64,000 nucleotides of DNA from contig OZ024744.1 of the NCBI GenBank assembly GCA_964016885.1, forward strand, positions 71,114,001 through 71,178,000, read 5' to 3'. The translations under genes were made by a program, and so were the position numbers. The notes beneath the pieces were generated by a model. The model did no database searches and was not told where the DNA came from. It saw only the letters and a list, made by a program, of their open reading frames with translations. How positions within the stretch are numbered: the stretch's first letter is position 1; every line of letters starts with the position of its first letter. The DNA comes from Eledone cirrhosa. Its lineage: Eukaryota. Positions 40,063 through 54,346 of the stretch are shown in pieces.

Positions 40063-40633
40063 CATATATACATACATACATATATACATACATATATATA
40101 TATATATATAGATATATATACACATACATATATACATATATATACACATACATATATATACATATATATATATATATACATACATATATATATATATATA
40201 TACATATATATACACATACATATATATATACACATATATATACACATACATATATATATACAGATATATATACACATACATATATATATATAAATATATA
40301 TACATATATATATAAATATATATATATACACATACATATATATATATATAAATATATATATATACATATATATATAAATATATATATATACATACATATA
40401 TATATATATAAATATATATATATACATATATATATATAAATATATATATATATAAATATATATATATACACATACGTATATATATAAATATATATATACA
40501 CATAACTATATATATATATAAATATATATATACAAATAACTATATATATATATAAATATATATATACACATATATATATATATATACATACATATATATA
40601 CATATATATATAAATATATATATGTACACATAC

Positions 40634-40682
<49 letters not shown>

Positions 40683-40859
40683 TATATATATACACATACA
40701 TATATATATACATACATATATAAATATATATATATACACATACATATATATATATATATAAATATACATATACACATATATATATATATATATAAATATA
40801 TATATACACATACATATATACATACATATATACACATACATATATATATATATACATAC

Positions 40860-40891
<32 letters not shown>

Positions 40892-40974
40892 GTATATATA
40901 TATATGTATGTATATATATATGTATGTACATATATATATATATGTATATATATATATGTATGTATTTATATATG
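40009..40974. repeat. (TA)n/(TACA)n microsatellite
   Basis: Direct inspection. Confidence 0.95.
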
Positions 40975-42120
40975 TAGCACACACAGAGAGTGATATGCAG
41001 CACATTTTGAATGCATTTTCTGACGCTTGCACTGCCCTGGGTCTGACTGTCAGTCTCAAGAAAACCGTCGTCATGTACCAACCTGCCCCTGGTAAGCAGT
41101 ACACTGAGCCAAACATCTATGTGTATGGTAAACGACTTGGAGTGGTTGATCAGTTTGTCTACCTGGGAAGCACTGTCAATCGATACAGCAATCTTGACAG
41201 GGAAATCTCACTTAGGATTAGGAAAGCAAGTGATGCTTTCGGAAAGCTAGAAAGGCGACTCTGGGGTCAGCGAGACATATGCAGGAGGACAAAGGTAAAG
41301 GTGTACAGGGCATGTGTGCTCTCTTGTCTTCTTTATGCCTGCGAGACCTGGGTCACATATCGACGCCACCTTAAGCAATTGGAGCGTTTCCATCATATGT
41401 GTCTCAGACGGATCCATGGCGTTCACTGGAGGGACCACATCAGTGATGTCGAGATTTTGGAAAGCTCTATGTGTGACAGTATAGAAGCTCTTGTGCTTAA
41501 GCAACGACTCCGTTAGAGTGGTCACCTTGCCAGGATGAAGGATTCTAGAATACCAAAACAACTCTTCTATGGAGAGTTGGTTAAAGGAAAACGACCGCCA
41601 CATAAACCAAAAAAGAGGTATAAGGATTCCTTGAAAGTCTCTCTGAAAGACGCTAACATCTCTGCTGATACATGGGAAAATATTGCTGCTGATCGTAATA
41701 AATGGAGAAAGACTGTATATGAGGGAAAAGTTGCCTTTGAGGCATCTCGAATCGCACACGAGAAAGTAAAGCGGGACGTGAGGAAGGGCATTGCTGTTGC
41801 ACTTCCAGACGGCGAGGGTCCTCCTAAGGTGCTGACATGCAGCGTCTGTGCGAGACTCTGCCTAAGCAAAGCTGGACTCGAAAGTCATCTTCGCAGTCAT
41901 AAAGTAAGACCAGTGGTTGACTACCAGGCTGCTGTTGGAGATGCTACTCATCATGCTTGCCAAACATGTGGTAGAGAATGTAAATCAGCAGGAGGGCAAA
42001 AGTACACGAACTCCAACCACAGCCGACTATTCCCAGTGAATGTTTTGGTTGCCGACTCTGTGCAAGACATTTTAGATCATTGGCTGGGCTAAAAAGCCAC
42101 ATTCGATCGCAGCACTCTTA
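40975..42120 (+). pseudogene. RTE-like RT C-terminus with C2H2 zinc finger(s)
   Basis: [56 protein letters not shown]. Confidence 0.85.
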
Positions 42121-42127
42121 GTTGCTA

Positions 42128-42184
<57 letters not shown>

Positions 42185-42280
42185 TGTGTGTGTGTAGATA
42201 TGCTTATGTGCGTGCGTGTGTGTGTATATATATATGAATATGTATATTATTATTGTTGTTGTCGTTATTATTATTATTGC

Positions 42281-42311
<31 letters not shown>

Positions 42312-42379
42312 GTTATTAATGTATGTGTGTATATATGTGTGAGTGTATGTGTATGTATGTGTGTATGTATATATGTATG

Positions 42380-42446
<67 letters not shown>

Positions 42447-42480
42447 CTTTTTTTCTTTTCTTTTTTATTTCTTTTTTTTA

Positions 42481-42512
<32 letters not shown>

Positions 42513-42674
42513 TTTTTTTTTTCTTGTGCAATGGCCATACTCGATAACGAGGGGGCAGCCATCATATATATGTATGTATATATGTATATATATATGTATG
42601 TGTATATATATGTATATATATATATGTATGTGTATATATATGTATATATATATATGTATGTGTATATATATATG

Positions 42675-42705
<31 letters not shown>

Positions 42706-42838
42706 GTATGTATATATATATATATGCATGTGTATATGTATATATGTATATATATATATATGTATATATATACATACATATATGTATATACATACATATA
42801 TATATATATATATACATATATACATATATATACACATG

Positions 42839-42886
<48 letters not shown>

Positions 42887-43852
42887 CATATATATACACA
42901 TACATATATATATATATACATACATATATATACACATACATATATATATACATATGGTGGCTGCCAACTCGTTTTCAAGTATGGCCACTACTTTATATCC
43001 ATGTAGGAGAACCCCTACCGATGCGCTGAACGAGTGTGACTTTTTATTCCAGCCAGCGACTTGAAAACTCTGGTACAAACACTACACTTGTGACAATTAT
43101 TGACACATAGTGCTGGGCCCATGGTACCATGTGATGACAAGTGCAGAGAGATCCCCAGATATAAAGCAATGCCTGTGCCGTGAAGCTTTTATAGTGAGCA
43201 AAGGCACTGCACAAAGCCAGTCGCACTCTCTTAACCAAGATGATATTTACCAAAAAGAAGAACAAGTCAACATCATTGGATACCATCAGGGTTGCAGGTG
43301 TTATATCAGAGTTTTCCTTCTCCTAGAATTCTGCCTTGACAAAGGCTAAGGGGTCATCTCTCCCGGTGATTTTGGATGGCCATTGACTCTTAAGAGCTCC
43401 TTTGCCTTTTGACAGGTTTTGTTTTTAGTCCTGCAGGATGTCCAAAGTCACCCTCCTCACCAAGAAACCTTGGTGGGATTGCCAGTTTAGTCGCCAACGA
43501 CCCGACCATGAGACAGGTTGTACTGGGATACATGTTACCAGTAGCACCAACTGGTGACCTGACATGTATATATATACATATATATACATATATACATACA
43601 TATATATACATATATAAATGCATACATATATATATATATACATACATATATATATACATACATATATATATACATACATATATATATACATATAGACATA
43701 TATATATACATACATATATATATACATACATATATATATAGATACATACATATATATATACATATATATACATATATATATACATATATATATATACACA
43801 CATATATATATATATATACATACATATATATATATATATATACATACATATA

Positions 43853-45273
<1,421 letters not shown>

Positions 45274-45653
45274 TATATATATATACACATACATATATGT
45301 ATATACATACATATATATACATACATATACATACATATATGTATACATATGCATACATACACATATATAGATTCATATATATATAAACGGAAAAAATGAA
45401 ACGAAATTTCATTTCCCACTCTTAGTACGGCTGTTACTTAAATTATAAGTATGTACACGTACATACATATATGTATACAGACGTACAGTAGTATGTATAG
45501 ATATATACATACATGCACACATATATATATATGTACGTATGGATTCACCGAACATTTATTATAATGCTCGGTGTGTTTGTAAACAAACATCCCGTATTAA
45601 GCAGTAGTGTCCAGCAACCATCGTTGCTCGTTTGTTCAACACTGACAAAGGAA

Positions 45654-45694
45654 CGCTGTACTAGTTTCAAGCTTATTAGCTATCGTCAGCAACG
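45654..45694 (-). ncRNA. Minimal type I hammerhead ribozyme (family A)
   Basis: cgttg-CTGACGA-t agct aata agct t-GAAAC TA GTA-cagcg. Stem I changes relative to the other copies retain pairing. Confidence 0.8.
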
Positions 45695-45749
45695 GATACC
45701 TTCCTGCCAGATTGTTTAACGTATATACTTACCTACTGACTGTAGTAGG

Positions 45750-46037
45750 TTTTACTTTGTACTTAGGTAAGGCGGGTCTTCTCTCTTACTGTGTAGCGCC
45801 AAAGATCTCGGTCCAGTGACATTGTCTTGGAGAGGTGTAAGTGTGTGAGGTCGGAATTTATCAGCTCGTCCCAGGTTTTTCTGGGTCTGCCTACTCCGTG
45901 GCTACCGTCTATCTTTATTACCCTGCACTTTGTTATACAGCTGTCGTCTTTCATGCGCATCACGTGACCATACCAACGTAGCCTTCTCTCGAGTAAACAT
46001 CTGATCCCTCTTATTTCTAATTTTTTACTTAGTTCGT
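45750..46037 (-). mobile_element. RTE 3' end, same family as 5590-8555
   Basis: [16 protein letters not shown]...GRPRKTWDEL. Confidence 0.88.
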
Positions 46038-46266
46038 TTATGCTTTGCCGTTATGTATATACATATATATACATATATATACATATATATACATATATAT
46101 ACATACATATATATATACATATATATATACATATATATACATATATATATACATACACATATATATACACATATATATATACAGATATATACACATATAT
46201 ATACATATATATACATACATATTTATACATATATATATGTTCATATATATACATATATATACATAC

Positions 46267-46300
<34 letters not shown>

Positions 46301-46522
46301 ACACATATATATACATATATATACATATATATATACATATATATATACATATATATATATACATATATATATACATATATATATACATATATATATACAT
46401 ATATATATACATATATAGATATATATATATATACATATACATATGTATATATATATATATACATATATATACATATATATATATACATATACATATGTAT
46501 ATATATATATACATATATATAC

Positions 46523-46616
<94 letters not shown>

Positions 46617-46829
46617 GCATATATATATATTTCGTTTCTGAATTTGTTTAGCAAGATTCTTTATCTGAAATCGTGTGTTGAAACCGATATTGTTATACTT
46701 TGGGAGGGTCATGTTGCCAATAAGAAACACACGCACCAGTTGCTTTCACTTCAATTTAATTTATTATATATTTATAAATTTCTGGTTGGTTGGTTGGTTC
46801 CACAACCAGATAGTTGTTTATATATATAT

Positions 46830-46874
46830 AGTCATAGTTCTTTCGTCACACACTCTGTGACCTCTTCAGTGACT
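46830..46874 (-). ncRNA. Type I hammerhead in the PLE pLTR (family K), left arm
   Basis: Reverse complement of 51189-51233. Confidence 0.75.
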
Positions 46875-47179
46875 GGGGATTTCTTTCTTCGTTTCTGTGC
46901 CTTTCCTTTCTTCTATCCTACGCCATTTTGTTTGTGTGTGGGTTGCGTGCTCAGTTTGCGCATGCGCCACATCCGGGTGTCTGTGTGTGTTTGTGTTCAT
47001 TTTTCTATTTTTCTATTTATATTTTTCTATTTGTTTGTTTATTTATTTATTTATTGTTGGTTGGTTGTTTGTTCTATGTGTGTGTGTGTTTTCATTTTGT
47101 CTTGTGTGTGTTTTCATTTTGTGTGTGTTTTCAATTGTAAGTTGTTTGTTCTATGTGTGTGTGTGTTTTCATTTTGTCC

Positions 47180-49075
47180 TTAATTGTAAGTTGTGATGTT
47201 GCTGTTCCACTCATATTTTCTATTTAATTTTGGTTTTAATTCTTTTATGCTTACTGCCTCTGTAATTTGCCTAAACATTGCGTCTTTCTTGTGTGTGGAT
47301 TCTATTTTTATTTCTATGCTCTCTAATTTACCCCTGTGTTCTATCTTAGCATGTTGGTAGAGCACAGATGATTCTTTACTATCTTGGAGGTCTCGCCAGT
47401 GTTCATTTATTCGTTCCCCTATACTACGAGCTGTCTCACCTATGTACACTATATTTTTGTTTCTACATTGTCCTTCAGTACATCTTATGCTATATACTAC
47501 ATTTCTAGTTTTACAGTTAATATGGGGGCTTATTTTACAGGTTATACATTTCTTATCTATACATGAGGGTCTTTGGAACGGGTATGTCTTGCTAATAAGT
47601 GTTTTTACGGAGGTACCAGGTCTTTCTACTATCTTAATATTGAGATTATGTTTCTTTAGGGCCCTTCTAAATTTGTAGGCTAGTTCGCCTCTAGGGGTTG
47701 TATTGATGAACATTACACTCTGGTATTTATTGCTATCATACCATGAGTTTATTCTATTGGCCTTGTTCTTAGTTCTTTCTATTCTATTCCAAAATTTGCT
47801 CCTATACAAGGGGCAGGTCCCATTTATGTCATTATTTACCATTTTTTCCCATTTGGTTCTGGCTCCTTTATACACTCTGATTCTATCTCTCTGATTGTAG
47901 CCAGAGAACTGCATACGGTGGATGAAGTGTTGTATGTGTCTCTCTAGTTCTTCGGGGTTGCACATGCGGGACACATTTCTCATCACCCGTACCAAATCCG
48001 CAATCAGTATGTTGATTTTGGTATGGTCCGAAATGGCCGAGTTTCGGTGGATCAGATGTTTGGAAGTCATGGGTTTGGCATAATGGGAATGGAGGATTTG
48101 TTTTTGGTTGTTAATAGTATCTAACCAGAGCTCTGTGTCTAGTACAGGTAATCGATGGTTGGGGTGTCTACTTGGGTAGTCTATAGTAACTCTAATGCTC
48201 TGGTGGATGGAGTTTGCTATTTGCTGGATGCTTTCCATTGTGTTTTTCTCTAGTTCCTGACTGTTCTTTAGTGGGGGTGTCTTAACTACGATGTTTATAT
48301 CATCTACGTAGCGGGAGTACATTATCAGGGTTAAGCTGTCTTCTAATTGTTCATTAAGTTTTTGTTTAAGTCTACTGTCCCACCATACCATAAATAAGTT
48401 AGCTATGTCGCCTGCAATGCTAACACCAATGGCTGCTCCTTCCTCTTGGGCATATGTTTTACCATTAAATTTGAACATATGTTCCTTAAGGGTTAATTTT
48501 ATGCTGGCCCCTACCGCATGTGCAATCATTTTCTTCAGTTCATCGTGGTTTTCGGGTGTCCGTATGGCTCTGGTCCACCCGTTCCATCTATCTGTGTGGG
48601 TTTTCTTGGCCATTGAGGTAATGGTCGGTGGTCTGCCTCTTGCTGGTCTTGTAGGGCACAGGTTGCTAAGGTCATAAGTGTCTAGGTAACTATTACTATG
48701 GGTAAGCTTAAGTAGAAGTCCCAGCTCACTGGTATCAATCCCACGGAACTCAACCTTGCTCTCGCTGATCATTTCGACGCATTTCTCCACAGCAAAATCC
48801 ACGTCAATAGATGGATACAGGGACACAACATCCATACTGCCTATTATGCAGTTTGTTAGGTCCCCAGATCGGTTACCCGCGCCGATTCTGCTGAGGAGGT
48901 CCTCCGTGCTGTCACACACATCTGGGGACATCTCAATGATGGGGCGTATGATCAGGGGGAGGAAGTAGGACAGTCTGTAGTTACTAGCAATGTTAGCCCC
49001 ACAAAATGGCCGTGTTGGTGGTCCCGCGACAGGGTCCCAGGGACCACCAACACGGCCAGTCTGTGGGGCTAACAT
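47180..49075 (-). CDS. PLE reverse transcriptase + GIY-YIG endonuclease (5'-truncated, uninterrupted 631 aa)
   Basis: [35 protein letters not shown], Cys linker, [13 protein letters not shown]...R..EH. Confidence 0.85.
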   Translation of the reverse strand: MLAPQTGRVGGPWDPVAGPPTRPFCGANIASNYRLSYFLPLIIRPIIEMSPDVCDSTEDLLSRIGAGNRSGDLTNCIIGSMDVVSLYPSIDVDFAVEKCVEMISESKVEFRGIDTSELGLLLKLTHSNSYLDTYDLSNLCPTRPARGRPPTITSMAKKTHTDRWNGWTRAIRTPENHDELKKMIAHAVGASIKLTLKEHMFKFNGKTYAQEEGAAIGVSIAGDIANLFMVWWDSRLKQKLNEQLEDSLTLIMYSRYVDDINIVVKTPPLKNSQELEKNTMESIQQIANSIHQSIRVTIDYPSRHPNHRLPVLDTELWLDTINNQKQILHSHYAKPMTSKHLIHRNSAISDHTKINILIADLVRVMRNVSRMCNPEELERHIQHFIHRMQFSGYNQRDRIRVYKGARTKWEKMVNNDINGTCPLYRSKFWNRIERTKNKANRINSWYDSNKYQSVMFINTTPRGELAYKFRRALKKHNLNIKIVERPGTSVKTLISKTYPFQRPSCIDKKCITCKISPHINCKTRNVVYSIRCTEGQCRNKNIVYIGETARSIGERINEHWRDLQDSKESSVLYQHAKIEHRGKLESIEIKIESTHKKDAMFRQITEAVSIKELKPKLNRKYEWNSNITTYN

Positions 49076-50885
49076 TGCTAGTAACTACAGACTGTCCTAC
49101 TTCCTCTCCCTGATCATACGCCCCATCATTGAGATGTCCCCAGATGTGTGTGACAGCACGGAGGACCTCCTCAGCAGAATCGGCGCGGGTAACCGATCTG
49201 GGGACCTAACAAACTGCATAATAGGCAGTATGGATGTTGTGTCCCTGTATCCATCTATTGACGTGGATTTTGCTGTGGAGAAATGCGTCGAAATGATCAG
49301 CGAGACCAAGGTTGAGTTCCGTGGGATTGATACCAGTGAGCTGGGACTTCTACTTAAGCTTACCCATAGTAATAGTTACCTAGACACTTATGACCTTAGC
49401 AACCTGTGCCCTACAAGACCAGCAAGAGGCAGACCACCTACCATTACCTCAATGGCCAAGAAAACCCACACAGATAGATGGAACGGGTGGACCAGAGCCA
49501 TACGGACACCCGAAAACCACGATGAACTGAAGAAAATGATTGCACATGCGGTAGGGGCCAGCATAAAATTAACCCTTAAGGAACATATGTTCAAATTTAA
49601 TGGTAAAACATATGCTCAAGAGGAAGGAGCAGCCATTGGTGTTAGCATTGCAGGCGACATAGCTAACTTATTTATGGTATGGTGGGACAGTAGACTTAAA
49701 CAAAAACTTAATGAACAATTAGAAGACAGCTTAACCCTGATAATGTACTCCCGCTACGTAGATGATATAAACATCGTAGTTAAGACACCCCCACTAAAGA
49801 ACAGTCAGGAACTAGAGAAAAACACAATGGAAAGCATCCAGCAAATAGCAAACTCCATCCACCAGAGCATTAGAGTTACTATAGACTACCCAAGTAGACA
49901 CCCCAACCATCGATTACCTGTACTAGACACAGAGCTCTGGTTAGATACTATTAACAACCAAAAACAAATCCTCCATTCCCATTATGCCAAACCCATGACT
50001 TCCAAACATCTGATCCACCGAAACTCGGCCATTTCGGACCATACCAAAATCAACATACTGATTGCGGATTTGGTACGGGTGATGAGAAATGTGTCCCGCA
50101 TGTGCAACCCCGAAGAACTAGAGAGACACATACAACACTTCATCCACCGTATGCAGTTCTCTGGCTACAATCAGAGAGATAGAATCAGAGTGTATAAAGG
50201 AGCCAGAACCAAATGGGAAAAAATGGTAAATAATGACATAAATGGGACCTGCCCCTTGTATAGGAGCAAATTTTGGAATAGAATAGAAAGAACTAAGAAC
50301 AAGGCCAATAGAATAAACTCATGGTATGATAGCAATAAATACCAGAGTGTAATGTTCATCAATACAACCCCTAGAGGCGAACTAGCCTACAAATTTAGAA
50401 GGACCCTAAAGAAACATAATCTCAATATTAAGATAGTAGAAAGACCTGGTACCTCCGTAAAAACACTTATTAGCAAGACATACCCGTTCCAAAGACCCTC
50501 ATGTATAGATAAGAAATGTATAACCTGTAAAATAAGCCCCCATATTAACTGTAAAACTAGAAATGTAGTATATAGCATAAGATGTACTGAAGGACAATGT
50601 AGAAACAAAAATATAGTGTACATAGGTGAGACAGCTCGTAGTATAGGGGAACGAATAAATGAACACTGGCGAGACCTCCAAGATAGTAAAGAATCATCTG
50701 TGCTCTACCAACATGCTAAGATAGAACACAGGGGTAAATTAGAGAGCATAGAAATAAAAATAGAATCCACACACAAGAAAGACGCAATGTTTAGGCAAAT
50801 TACAGAGGCAGTAAGCATAAAAGAATTAAAACCAAAATTAAATAGAAAATATGAGTGGAACAGCAACATCACAACTTACAATTAA
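48990..50885 (+). CDS. PLE reverse transcriptase + GIY-YIG endonuclease (5'-truncated, uninterrupted 631 aa)
   Basis: Same motifs. Differs from the mirror ORF at about 4 residues outside the junction. Confidence 0.85.
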   Translation: MLAPQNGRVGGPATGSQGPPTRPVCGANIASNYRLSYFLSLIIRPIIEMSPDVCDSTEDLLSRIGAGNRSGDLTNCIIGSMDVVSLYPSIDVDFAVEKCVEMISETKVEFRGIDTSELGLLLKLTHSNSYLDTYDLSNLCPTRPARGRPPTITSMAKKTHTDRWNGWTRAIRTPENHDELKKMIAHAVGASIKLTLKEHMFKFNGKTYAQEEGAAIGVSIAGDIANLFMVWWDSRLKQKLNEQLEDSLTLIMYSRYVDDINIVVKTPPLKNSQELEKNTMESIQQIANSIHQSIRVTIDYPSRHPNHRLPVLDTELWLDTINNQKQILHSHYAKPMTSKHLIHRNSAISDHTKINILIADLVRVMRNVSRMCNPEELERHIQHFIHRMQFSGYNQRDRIRVYKGARTKWEKMVNNDINGTCPLYRSKFWNRIERTKNKANRINSWYDSNKYQSVMFINTTPRGELAYKFRRTLKKHNLNIKIVERPGTSVKTLISKTYPFQRPSCIDKKCITCKISPHINCKTRNVVYSIRCTEGQCRNKNIVYIGETARSIGERINEHWRDLQDSKESSVLYQHAKIEHRGKLESIEIKIESTHKKDAMFRQITEAVSIKELKPKLNRKYEWNSNITTYN

Positions 50886-51188
50886 GGACAAAATGAAAAC
50901 ACACACACACATAGAACAAACAACTTACAATTGAAAACACACACAAAATGAAAACACACACAAGACAAAATGAAAACACACACACATAGAACAAACAACC
51001 AACCAACAATAAATAAATAAATAAACAAACAAATAGAAAAATATAAATAGAAAAATAGAAAAATGAACACAAACACACACAGACACCCGGATGTGGCGCA
51101 TGCGCAAACTGAGCACGCAACCCACACACAAACAAAATGGCGTAGGATAGAAGAAAGGAAAGGCACAGAAACGAAGAAAGAAATCCCC

Positions 51189-51233
51189 AGTCACTGAAGA
51201 GGTCACAGAGTGTGTGACGAAAGAACTATGACT
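51189..51233 (+). ncRNA. Type I hammerhead in the PLE pLTR (family K), right arm
   Basis: agtca-CTGAAGA-g gtcaca gagtg tgtgac-GAAAG AA CTA-tgact, about 300 nt after the stop codon. Confidence 0.75.
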
Positions 51234-51489
51234 ATATATATATAAACAACTATCTGGTTGTGGAACCAACCAACCAACCAGAAATTTATAAATATATAAT
51301 AAATTAAATTGAAGTGAAAGCAACTGGTGCGTGTGTTTCTTATTGGCAACATGACCCTCCCAAAGTATAATAACATATATATATACATATACATATATAT
51401 ACATATATATACAATATATATTTATATATACATATATATATATATATATACATATTTATATATAAATACATATATATATATATACATAC

Positions 51490-51522
<33 letters not shown>

Positions 51523-51683
51523 CATATGTATATACATATATATATACATATATAAACATATATATATACATATATATATACATATATATACATACATATA
51601 CATACATATATATATATACACATATATACATATATATATATACAAAATATAAGATCAAAAGATGGTTAAAGGAGTTCCATATA

Positions 51684-51750
51684 TTTTATTATGCGCATTT
51701 CAAAAACAAACATCATCAAGCAATAATATTTGTGTTTTCATCAGATAAAA
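51684..51750 (-). ncRNA. Type I hammerhead ribozyme (family C), in a module spanning ~51645-52330
   Basis: Homologous to 3393-3459. The module also has a ~200-bp tandem duplication (~51840-52270). Confidence 0.7.
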
Positions 51751-52344
51751 CAGGAGAACGTGATATGAAGGCTAAAAAAAACACTTGTTGATAGTGCAGT
51801 TTTAAATCAACATATGAAAAGTGGTTTTAGATTGATGTGTGATATTGGGAAAAATATTTTATTTAGAGGGGGGGGGGGAGGATGAAAAGGGAAGGAGATG
51901 AGAGGGAGAGATGGGTGATAGAGAGAAAGAGATAGTTTTTATAACTGAGAGGAGATATATTTTTTACATAGAGGGGTTGAAAACCGTTGGAAGATACTGT
52001 ATAAATTAAAAATTTTGAAAATTAACGAAGGGAGGATATGTGCGAGGAAAAAATATTTTATTTAGGGAGGGGGGGGGGGGTGGAAAGGATGAAAAAAAGG
52101 GGGGAGGAGATGAGAGTGAAGGTGGAGAGGGAGAGATGGGTGATAGAGAGAAAGAGATAGTTTTTATAACTGAGAAAAAGATATATTGTTTTAATATAGA
52201 GAGGTTGGGAACCGTTGGAAGATAATGTATAAATTAAAGGAATTTGAAAATTAACGAAGGGAAATTATGTATGAAGATAGAGAGAAAAAAATAATAATTG
52301 TGGGTGAATATTCTAACGTCAAAAGAAGATACATATATATATAT

Positions 52345-52418
<74 letters not shown>

Positions 52419-52600
52419 ACATACATTTATATATATACATATACATACATATATATATATATACATACATATACATATATATACATACATATACATACAT
52501 ATACATACATACATATATATATATATACATATACATATATACATACATATACATATACATATACATATATATATACATATATATATACATATATATATAC

Positions 52601-52705
<105 letters not shown>

Positions 52706-52716
52706 ATATATATATA

Positions 52717-52767
<51 letters not shown>

Positions 52768-53510
52768 GTATGTATATATACATGTATTCTGAAACATCAA
52801 AATACAACAATTTGTTGGTCACTGGACTCGGGAATGTCACGACAGAAGTTTGTGGAAGTTACACAAATATTTTAGTATATTTTAGCAGAGCAATCCTTAT
52901 TTATATTTTACATTTTACATTTACTTACATCTCAATATAACATGGCTAAAATTCAAATTTTGCAAAGAGAAGAAAACGGTCAAATGAACTAGATACATCG
53001 CACTGTCCCCCGCCACCACAATAACTTCTACACTCTCTCCCCACCATCACATGTCATTATCCTATCTAGACTAAAGTCATCGACCTGTTGTCAAACTCTC
53101 TACTCTCTGTTGAATGTGTATATATATATATATATTAAGTATTCTAATCCTTATATATATATATATGTATGTATATGTGTGTATATACATCACTCAGTCA
53201 AACGACCAGATTTCAACCCCAACATCTACAACAACAACACCGGCACTAAAGTTTACAGCAACAGCTTCAGAATGAACTGAAATGAACATTTACAACAACA
53301 ACAACAACAGCGGCATCAAAAGATTTTTTTTTTTTTTAAAAAGAAGGGAAAAAAAAACAAAAAAACTCAAAATAACAAAACACACACACACACACACACA
53401 CACACGCACGCAACACAACAACAACATCAACCTCCACCACCACCACTACCGCCGCCGCCATCACCATCACCAGCGACCGGGCCTTAAGAAAACAACTTTA
53501 ATAATAATTT

Positions 53511-53850
53511 TTCTGCTTTTGGCACGGATCCAGCGACTGACCCAGTGCATAACTGGTACTCTCTTTTGTTGACTCCGTGGGGATGAAAGGCAAGGTTGAC
53601 CTCGGCGGGATTTGAGCTCAGAGCGTGGAGGGCCGTGACTCTATGCTGTAAAGCAATTATAATAATACTGGACTGTAGTACGATCGGCTTCAACTATACA
53701 AACTCTTGAAAGTCAACAGTTGACATAATCTTGTAATCTTGTATCAGTAATTGTTTCTACTTTAGGCACAAGGCCAGCAATTATCCAGTGCATTACTGGT
53801 ACTTTATTTTATCGACCCCGTAAGGATGAAAGGCAAAGTCAACCTCGGCG
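53511..53850 (-). mobile_element. Two SINE fragments (~53511-53640 and 53752-53850)
   Basis: ggatgaaaggcaaagtcaacctcggcgg family, as at 22363-22541. Confidence 0.8.
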
Positions 53851-53861
53851 TAATGACGGTA

Positions 53862-53899
<38 letters not shown>

Positions 53900-54346
53900 A
53901 AGTGAGTAGCGTGTGTGTGTTTGTTTGTATGTATGAGTGTTGCTGTGTGCGCGCATATGTATGCGCGTGTGTGTACGTCGTATGTATAAGTGTCAATAAG
54001 TGATTTTTTTTTTTTTTTTTTTTGCGCGGGGACATAGAAATAATCGGGCTGGATGCCCAATCGCGCAGTTAAACCACTGGGAGTGAAGAACCCCTAGCCC
54101 TTGTCAGGGCATTCTTCTAGGAGAAGGCATCTCAGGAAACTGGGTTAACTCCGACATAAAACCTGCGGCTCAGTAGTTACCGATGATGTTGATCTTTTCT
54201 TCTTTTCGGGTTATAGCTACTGTCGCTCAGAGAGTGGGATTGGCTCAGTGCACAGTCTTTCCTCACTTTAAAAATATTCGTCACGCACAGGCATTGCACG
54301 AGTGCATTAATAATTATTAATAGTGTACTATTATTATTATTGTTGT

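Larger units (their letters stand above)
46631..51372. mobile_element. Palindromic (head-to-head) Penelope-like element, Naiad-like, inserted in (TA)n
   Basis: Inverted arms 46693-49025 / 49040-51370 with a 14-nt spacer. Each arm has RT + GIY-YIG + 3'UTR with HHR. Confidence 0.92.

Noticed and set aside
43390-43562. HDV-like or twister ribozyme in a putative LINE 5'UTR (also ~32011-32150 and ~54045-54300)
   Set aside because: Hairpins are visible, but the full pseudoknot could not be assembled by eye. It needs a covariance-model search.
47180-50885. Selenoprotein-type PLE (UGA recoding/SECIS)
   Set aside because: The ORFs have no in-frame TGA and end in TAA. No convincing SECIS was seen.
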